Of a stretch of DNA of 58,303 nt, positions 49,488 through 58,303 are shown in pieces. The position numbers and the translations under genes are program-made. Every line of letters starts with the position of its first letter. Position 1 is the first letter of the stretch. Where the stretch lies: positions 1-58,303 of the forward strand of contig MU271244.1 in the NCBI GenBank assembly GCA_021432655.1, written 5' to 3'. The notes under the pieces are model-generated. The model was not told where the DNA came from. It saw only the letters and a program-made list of their open reading frames with translations, and made no database searches. Source of the DNA: Atractiella rhizophila (taxonomy: Eukaryota).

Positions 49488-52400
49488 ATGGATGATTGTG
49501 CGTAGCTCCTTAGTCCTATTCTGTGCTAACCCTTGCTTTAGACGATGAGTATGCTCTTCGTGCTTGTCGCGACATACACGCCTCTAACTGGTCTGCAGAT
49601 TCGGAAACTTCATTGGGCAGCTTTCAGACAGCGAGGGGTCATCGCGTGAGGGGTCGGAGGAGCTGGAGGAGGCACAAACACAGAAAGACGCGAGGCGGAG
49701 GTTCGAAGAAGGGCTGATGGAGGTTGAGGAGGATGAGCCTATGGATGGGAGAGGTGGTGGTGGCATGAGCTTAATGCAAGTTGATGGTGCGCTTTCTCTT
49801 CTCTTCCTCAGTTTGGGAGGTGATGCTGTCTTATGAATGTAGAACCTGGACCAAGTAATCAGGTCGTGCTTCATGATGACAAGAAATATTACTCGACGTA
49901 AGCTTGCTCTCGGTGGCGGGAAGTGCATTGAAGAGTTATCAGGTTGGAAGAGACGTATGGGCCGGACGTTGAGACTCTTGTGCAAGAAGAGGACGCTCAA
50001 CCACTCTCGGAGCCAATTATTGCGCCAGTCAATAAAGGCGTCAAATTCAGTGTTGTGGACAAGCGGAAAGAGGGACCAGAGACGCGTTTTGACAAAGAGT
50101 GCGAACGATGCCTGTTTCTCCTATTTGATTTGACAGTATGCTAGTTTCATGCTCTTCCTCGCAACGCATCAAGCGAGCATACGAAATGTTGCTGTCGTTG
50201 GACACTTGCATCATGGGAAGACGAGTCTGATAGACATGCTTGTTTACGAGACGCACAAGATCGATTGGGACACAGAACGACCGGTTAGTTCCTGATTTTC
50301 AACCTAGATTTGCGTTTCTAAGTCGTTGGAAACAGCTACGATACACACAGACCCATACACTTTCTCAAGCGCGTGGCATCTCTCTCAAATCCTCTCCCAT
50401 GTCTCTCGTCCTCCAAAATTCTAAACAGAAGTCTTATCTCTTCAATATACTCGATACACCGGGACACGTTAACTTCGAAGATGAAACTGCCGCAGCAGTA
50501 CGACTAGCTGATGGTGCCATCGTTGTCGTTGACGTGGCTGAAGGAGTACATTTGCCCTTCTATGGTTAATGACATATTTTTGACGTGTAGTTATGATACA
50601 GGTACTTCTAGAGACGCAACGGGTCATCAAACATTTAATGACCCAATCAGTACCCATGGTCTTGGTCCTCAACAAGATGGATCGCCTCATCCTTGAATTA
50701 CGACTACCTCCTTCGGACGCGTACTTCAAAATTCGGCATACTATTGAGGAAGTCAACACGGTCATCAGGTGAGCATCGAGCTTTTCCAACTGTTCGGAAC
50801 TTAGGCGTAACCAACAGCTCAATTAACCCTGATCCCAAATATCGTCTGTCACCAGAAAAGGGCAACGTCGCATTCGCATCCTCATCAATGGGCTGGTGCT
50901 TCACATTGAGGAGCTTTGCAAAAATGTATGCCGACACGTTCGGTATGTCCTCTATGGTACCTTGATATTATAAGCGTTGAAGGTGACATAGGTTCCATGG
51001 ACATCGAGCAGTTCGCTTTGCGATTGTGGGGAGATATTTTCTACGATCCTGAGGCGGAAGGGGACAGAAAGAAGTTTTCAAAACAAGGCGGAGGGACGAA
51101 GAAGAGGTCGTTTGATCATTTCATCTTGGAGCCATTGTACAAGCTTTATACACAGGTTCGACTCTCTTGTTTGGAGGCGATGGGGCTTATGGGAGGTGTG
51201 CAGGTCCTTGCGTCCGATAAGGATAAGTTGAAAGAAACACTTGGATGGATGAAGATTTACCTCAAGCCTGTCATGTACAAAATGGATGTTCGACCGCTTT
51301 TAAAAGTCGTGCTTGGTCAATTCTTCGGACCTTCAACTGGCCTGGTGGATCTAGTAGTCGACAATATTCCCAATCCACTCGAAGGCGCGTCAGCCAAGGT
51401 CTGCAGTTTGCTTTCTCGTCTAGCCAGTTGCTCACTCTTTCCCAGCTTGAGACAACATTTACTGGACCTCTGGATTCTCCTATGGCTCAAGCCATTCGTG
51501 CCTGTGACCCAGCAGGGCCGCTCATTGTGCATGCGGCCAAGTTGTATCCCACTCACGATGCGCAAGAGTTCCGGACTTTCGGTAGAATATTGAGTGGCAC
51601 AGTTAAACCGGGTCAGGAAGTCAAGGTATTGGGCGAGGGGTACTCACAGGAGGACGAAGAAGACATGTTGATGCAGAAGGTCAACGGTGTTTGGATATGT
51701 GAATCTCGGTACGTTGTTAAACTCGGAGCTTGTTGATGCTGACGCCTAAGTAGCTATAATGTCGAGACGAATGGCCTTTCAGCTGGCAACTATGTCTTGC
51801 TTGGAGGAGTCGACAATTCTATCAACAAGACAGCAACTATCGTGGACCCCAACATCCCACCTTCCGATCTCTACATCTTCAAACCTCTGAAGCACATGAC
51901 GCAGTCTGTCGTCAAGATTTCAATAGAACCCATGAATCCTTCTGAACTTCCGAAAATGCTGGACGGCTTGCGGAAGATCAACAAAACCTATCCACTCGTC
52001 GAGACCAAGGTTGAAGAGAGCGGAGAACACGTTCTCATGGGAACGGGAGAACTCTACCTCGATAGTGTGATGCACGACTTGAGGAGAATGTTTGCCGAGA
52101 TCGAAATCAAGGTATCAGATCCTGTCGTACGATTCTGCGAGACAGTGATCGACACCAGTGCGCTGAAAGTCTACGCTGAAACCCCCAACAAGAAGTGCGT
52201 GTCCACGCCAGCTTGTCTGAATCTGTGTGCAGTATTGATTGTGACGTAGGAACAAAATTACGATGATATCTGAGCCATTGGAGAAAGGCATTGCCGAGGA
52301 TATCGAAACGGGACGGGTCTCCATCAAGATGGCGCCAAAAGATCTGGGTAACCATTTCCAGAAGAAGTACGGCTGGGATCTTTTAGCCTCGCGTTCGATA

Positions 52401-53425
52401 TGGGCTTTCGGACCTGACGATTTGGGGCCTAATATCCTTGTGAACGACACACTTCCATCAGAGGCAAGTTTATTTCCACAGAAGTTTGCTTACTGACCTC
52501 TGCCGAACAGGTCGACAAGAAGCTCCTTTTCAGTATCAAAGAGTCTGTTAAGCAAGGCTTCCAATGGGCAAGTCGTGAAGGGCCGCTATGTGACGAGCGT
52601 GAGATGCTATCTCAACAACTGTTCTCACATGACCTGATTGGGTTCGCACAGCCATGCGAAATGTCAAGTTCCGATTACTCGATGCCACAATAGCACCTGA
52701 GCCCATCTTCCGTGGAGGGGGTCAAATTATTCCAACAGCTCGTCGAGTCTGTTACTCCTCCTTTTTGCTTGTGAGTCGCCATCCTTGTTTTCTTCCCCCT
52801 CCTTACGATATGTGCTAGTCGACACCACGGTTAACGGAACCGGTGTATTTCTGCGAGATCGTTTGTCCAGCGGAATCAGTATCGGACGTCTATACCGTCC
52901 TTGCAAGACGCCGTGGGCATGTCACGAAAGACATACCGAAACCCGGTAGTCCACTCTATACAGTACAAGCCTACATTCCCGTGCTTGATTCGGCGGGTTT
53001 CGAGACGGACTTGAGAACGCATACGCTTGGACAGGCAATGGTGCTCCAAACCTTTGATCATTGGTCCATCGTACCTGGTGAGCTGAAGTACCTACGGGAA
53101 ACTCCACAATCTTACCAATCTGTTCCAGGTGATCCGCTAGACAAAACCATTCAACTTCGCCCATTAGAACCTAGCTCTGCGAATGCTCTTAGTAGGGATG
53201 TTTTGCTGAAGATCCGACGGCGGAAAGGTAAAGTCCTTGGTTGTTGCCTCTACGAAAGTACTAAGACCGTATGATAGGTCTAGGCGATGTTGTTTCAGTC
53301 AGCAAGTACCTTGAACAGGTAAGCCACTAGTCTAGCAATGCTCCTTTGTCCAACCTCTCATGTTATTCCAGGATATGCTGATCGCAATGGCGGCTAACCC
53401 TGAACTTTCAGACTTGCTAGGGTAA
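49488..53425 (+). CDS. SNU114: U5 snRNP 116-kDa EF2-like GTPase (Snu114/EFTUD2)
   Basis: [86 protein letters not shown] and [12 protein letters not shown]. Many introns. Confidence 0.95.
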
Positions 53426-53669
53426 AAGTAATATCAACGTAGTAATAATCTGGATGTTCAGTAACCTGTTGTCCCTGTAAATTATACAAGCGTGCTGCAG
53501 CTATCAAGGTCACGTGGCGCTTTGGAAACCAACGCGTTCGGTTTAGCAAGATTCACCCGAACCGCTGAACATATAAGTAGCAGAGTGCAGCAACAACTTC
53601 CAGAATACTTCTTTAAAAGAACTCAGAGCAGAACTTCCCCATTTCCGCAATCAACGTTACTCAAGCAGC

Positions 53670-54718
53670 ATGGTCAACGCACCTGTACTCCTCACCAATC
53701 CACTCAGCCTCCAAGGCTTGGCCTGCGATCAAATCCCAAAGGCTGGAACATCAGAGTACAATTCTTTTATCAAGTGCGTGATCAGCAGTGGGCTGAATAT
53801 CATCAACGGTACGAGTCTATTATGGTTATTTTAGGAAGGTTCATGAGTAGTCCTGTGAAGATTCTCGTAATTGGCAAACTGGAAAGTCCTACAATTCTGG
53901 AGAGGCAAAGACTGAGACACGCTCACGAAGAGGACACCAGTTCTCGTTCCTAAGTGATATACCGGCTGCACTAGCGCGTACAATATCGGGAAAGAGCAGC
54001 AAGAGTGCTCGCAAAGGGTCTGGTCTTGACGACAAAAACAAAGCCCCAGTTTACGACGAGCATTCTGCGTCAGGCTGGCATCTTCGACATAGCACTCATA
54101 AGGAGTTTTCCTATGAGCAGTTTCGGGATGCCTTACTTATTCGACACAGCCAACAGGAGGTGGAGTATATACATTCCCTATCGAAGGCAGAGATGTTGGG
54201 GACGATAGAATCAGGTCGAGTAGAAAGTAAGTGACATCTCGCCATTGCTTCCGGCTTTCAGACCTGACATTTGAATTCACCAGTCTGGCAGCTCTTCTAC
54301 TCCCTTCCATTTCCGACAACAAATCGTGACTTTGTCGAGCTTCTCATTACGGAGGAGTTGACTGAAGACGACCGCAAGACTCTAGGCGGAAACGTTGAAC
54401 GAGCATTTGCGATATTCAGTTTGCCGGTGGATGATCCGAAGTTCCCCCATGCAAAGAAATATGTCCGAGGGAAGTATGTGTCTGCAGAGGTGGTTGCAGA
54501 GGTGAAGGACCCGGAAACTGGGAGCAAATATCTGGAATGGAGGTGAGCTCCTGCACTTCAGCCGTGCGACGTTTTCGATAAGTGTACGCAGGATGGCAAC
54601 GTCTTCGACGCCGGGAGGATCGATACCTACTTCTATTGTTGAGAGCACGCTGCCGAAGACGATCGCACAGGATGTGGTCATGTTCTTGAACTGGCTACGG
54701 AAGCAAGGCAATCACTGA
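53670..54718 (+). CDS. START/SRPBCC-like protein (fungal DUF3074-type)
   Basis: WHLRHSTH, EVEYIHSL, YSLPFPTTNRDFVELLI, YVRGKYVSAE and EWR|MATSSTPGGSIP...IAQDVVMFLNWL. Three introns. Confidence 0.8.
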
Positions 54719-54938
54719 TTTTCGACTCTTCAACTCCTCTTTAATTTGGCGGCAGCCGCCATTTCACCATCTTCACACACAGGCACTTCATCCAATCAGC
54801 ATTCGTCCGTCCATACTCAACATATCCGTGCACAGTGCGCTATGCTCATCTATTTGTAATCGTCATATCCGACAGAGTATCTTGTTAATGCATCGTGACT
54901 TTTGATATCTAATATGTTCAGCACATAGAGTCTACCAT

Positions 54939-56970
54939 CTAATTACTCTCCCCCTTATCCATAGTACTGAGGACACTCTCAAAAACATCGCAAAGATGAT
55001 CTATTTCCTCCTTGGTGATAATTAGGCTGGGTACAATCCTGCAGGGGTGTGGTCAGTCTCCGTGATTCGCGTGAATCTAGACCAAGAGGTCTCACCTGAC
55101 CGTGTTCCTGCCTGCAGTCAGGACAATAACGCCTCTGTGCCTCATCTCCTCCATCACGGTCTTCTCCAGTCCCTCCCTCCTCATTCTGAGACCCATGATC
55201 AATCCCGTCCCCCTAATTCCCTGTACCAACTCGGGAAACCACTCTAGCATCTTTTGTAACCTCTTTTCAAGGCACGAACCCATCTCCTGAACATGTGCCA
55301 GAAATCTAGCTTCAGATATTCGAGAAAGAACATAGCTCCCCACTGCCGATTGCAACGGTGCGCCACCATACGTAGTGCCGTGCGAACCTGTTGTGATACT
55401 GGATGCGAGTGAATCACGAAGGATGACGGCCCCAATAGGGAATCCATTTCCTAGTCTGTCTCCAGAATGGATAGTGAGTCCGAAATTGAACATTGGGAGG
55501 GAGGCTTACGCCTTTGCTGAAGTAACGATATCAGGGTGAGCGCTCGTCGGGAACGAGGAGTGCGCCCACAGCTTTCCCGTTCGACCTAGACCACACTGTC
55601 ACGATCATGAATAAGAACTTCGTGTTTCATCGCCCATGGAAAACAGACTTGGATCTCGTCGTAAATGAGAACCGCTCCAACTTCATCCTGTTATGATCAT
55701 CAATATCATTTGGAGAGTGAAAGGGCGAAGACGCACGCATCGGGCCCTAACAGCCTTCAACCAGTCCAAACTTGCTCCTTCAATCCCACCTTCTCCCTGA
55801 ATCGGCTCAAGGATGACACCACACGTTTTCTCCGTTATCAGATCCTTCAGAGAGGCAATATCGTTGAACTTGCCAACCTTGATACCAGGTAGTAATGGGG
55901 CGAAAGGTTCCTGATATTTCGCTTGATTGGTAACGGAAAGAGACCCGAATGTCCTTCCATGAAAAGAGTTTTCGAAAGACACAATTTCTTCCTTCCCCTT
56001 TCCAGGGCTGTGAGTCTTGCCGTGTATCCGTGCGAATTTTAGTGCTGCTTCGTTAGATTCAGTACCCGAGTTCGTGATGAAAGCTTTCAGAGATGCCGAT
56101 CCTGTGTCCCCTGATCGTTCCGTGGAAGGAGAAAAGCCAACTCCTCCATGTTGAAGCGTGAGACGGACAAGATCTTCCGTTAGTTTGAGCGAGGGCTCTG
56201 TCCAGAAGAGGTTGGAACAGTGTACAAGTCGGGAAGATTGGTCCGCAAGGATCTTTGTCAAGCCTTCATCTGGCGCCAGGGTCAACATCAGTGACACGTT
56301 CATATCTTGGTTGATGAAATATTCTATCTTCGCGCTAGTTTAAAGAATTTCACAAGTCAACGTATTCTTGACTGGTTCAATGTTTCTAAAGTCACTAGAG
56401 GATGAATAGATGTAGTAGAGATCATCAAGCAAACATGGAGTCTGTTCGCGGTTTCTGTTCCTACCTATCCTGTATCAATACACCAAAACTCGAGCAAAGT
56501 CACCGATTTAGACGAATATAAGGGCCACGACAGGCAGCATAGCGGCGTATTTGAAAGCATTATTGTTCATGGAAAGGGCGAGGAGCAGTCCGGACGCACC
56601 AGCATGCCCAAGAGCAGTTACAGCAATCCCACCAGAACAATCTAGATATTGTCGCCCGCTATCGTCCCAAATGGTACATCCCTTCCCACGGGAGACTTTG
56701 AGTGGAACGCGAGCAAAAACCGGCAGAGAATGACGAGTTTGAGCGTGGGAAAGGGGGGGAGGGGTCAGGATGAGTCGGACGAAGGTATTTCGTGCAATAC
56801 GGCTGCAGAGCTTGAATTTCATGAAGATAAAAGTAGTTCGACGTACGACGGCTGTAGAATATGAGCGAAAAGAAGACCTTTCGACTTATTATCAAGACTA
56901 ATGAGCGATGCTATGAAAAAGCGGGAGACGACTGACTGGCACTGGACGCTGAAGACCTCAAAGCGAGCAT
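54939..56970 (-). CDS. ARG8: Acetylornithine aminotransferase (class III PLP), mitochondrial
   Basis: [83 protein letters not shown] and HGTTYGG. Start 56970 is inferred. Confidence 0.92.
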
Positions 56971-57235
56971 TTTGCTTTGAAATCTGACAGAAAGTAACGC
57001 GCAAAAAAAGCTAGGAAATGCAGCCAAAGAGAACTGGAATAAGAAAGGAAGAGAACTGAAGTAGACTCAGAGAAAAGTTGTGCGAAATAGCAGGTGACAG
57101 AAGAATAATATACCCCTTGGGGATAAATCGTTCCAAATTTTTTTGATAACTTGCTTCATGCTGTAGAGTCCTGTGTCGTGTAGGAAGGGTGCTAGGGCAT
57201 CGATTTATAGTCCGGAGTGTCAGCAGAAGCGAAGA

Positions 57236-58303
57236 ATGGACCCTTTCAAACCAATAACGAGTTCGATCACCAGCACCAGTTTCACCTTCCTTACCTCAGC
57301 TGAAGTGAAGGCTCTGAGCGTAAAGCAGGTCCAGAACCCAAAACTCTTCGATAACACCAATGTTCCGACTTCAGGAGGATTATATGACCCAGCGTTTGGA
57401 CCTACGACCCATGGGGATATTTGCCCAACTTGCGGCTTGACCAGCTTTAACTGTCCTGGACATTTCGGACACATTCAGCTCCCCTTTCCTGTCTACAATC
57501 CCCTTTTCATGAAGAATTGCTTTGCTGTACTCAGAGCGAGCTGTACGAACTGTCATCGCTTCTTAGCTACAGAGGCTGCTGCAAGTGTTCTTTTCTTTCC
57601 CTGGACGCTTGCTGAGGAAGTATAGATTGTGAGATATACAGCCAAGCTCATTCTACTCGAACACGGTCTCCTCACGTCAGCCATGTCTGTCGACCTCTTC
57701 ACAGCGGCAGGCGAAGAAGCAGACAAAGAGGAAAAGAAAGCTAAGAGAAAGACAGGGAAGGGAGAAGAGACGGAGGAGGATACGGGAGAGGACATTGGCG
57801 CGGTCCATTCTTCAGTTGAGATGCTACGATCGAAAGTCGCTACCTGGGTCGACGTCTCCCTACGCAGGGTAATCGCGACCTCTCAATCCACTTCAAGTTC
57901 AGATGACGCACCGAAGGAGAGTTACGACCGGGACGCGTACAAGCAGAGCGGCTCAATGGTCCATGATGAGCGTAGGAAGCTGTTGGCGAGTTTTTTCAAG
58001 GAGAGCGCGAGAAACAGGTGCTCGCATTGCGAGGCTCATGTGCATCGACTGAAGAAGGATGGAGCAACTAAAATAGTGGAATTTTCGCTTACAAAGAAGC
58101 AGAGGGACTTTCAAAGGGCGAGAGGAATCAAGAGGAAGAATGCGGCGTTTTTGAAACGATTGGCAGATAAGAGTGTTGGGAAACGAAGGGAAGGAGAGGA
58201 GAGCGATGAAGGTTTTGTTGAGAAAGGGAGTGGGAGTGATGAGGACGAAGATATGGAAGGAAAGAAGAGGAAACGGCGTTTCGAGGAGGATTCTGAAAGT
58301 GAG
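57236..58303 (+). CDS. RPA190: RNA polymerase I largest subunit (5' part, runs off the window)
   Basis: LSVKQVQNPKLFD...GGLYDPAFGP...CPTCGL...CPGHFGHIQLPFPVYNPLF...RASCTNCHRF is the Pol I A190 N-terminal zinc-binding region. Confidence 0.9.

Noticed and set aside
56750..56822. Possible frameshift in ARG8 at the G-run 56753-56759
   Set aside because: A phase-1 first intron gives an open frame through this region, so no frameshift is needed.

Overview
Intron-rich fungal DNA, most likely basidiomycete (inferred from ~50-nt GT-AG introns and gene content). Recognisable host genes: a long Pro/Ser-rich protein, two paralogous N-terminal-domain/tandem-CCCH genes (one pseudogene), three F-box/LRR-like genes (one pseudogene), a Cbf1-type bHLH factor, an AsaB/CmcJ-like oxygenase, a fungal Hsp70-like protein, an NmrA-like reductase, OAC1, SNU114, a START-like (DUF3074-type) protein, ARG8 and the 5' part of RPA190. 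Three transposon classes are present. (i) A CpG-decayed Helitron whose 3' end carries three cGAAg mini-hairpins, next to ~5 kb of unassigned decayed coding sequence. (ii) A hAT transposon whose 5' part is replaced by a 214-bp duplicate of the Hsp70-like gene's first exon, giving an in-frame host-transposase chimera, plus a second orphan hAT end facing it. (iii) A young Ty3/Gypsy chromovirus whose pol is split: RT C-terminus and RNase H are replaced by a 3.1-kb block with two complete intron-containing host genes, and the LTR flanks share no TSD. Exon boundaries were read by eye; family names come from motif recognition, not database searches.
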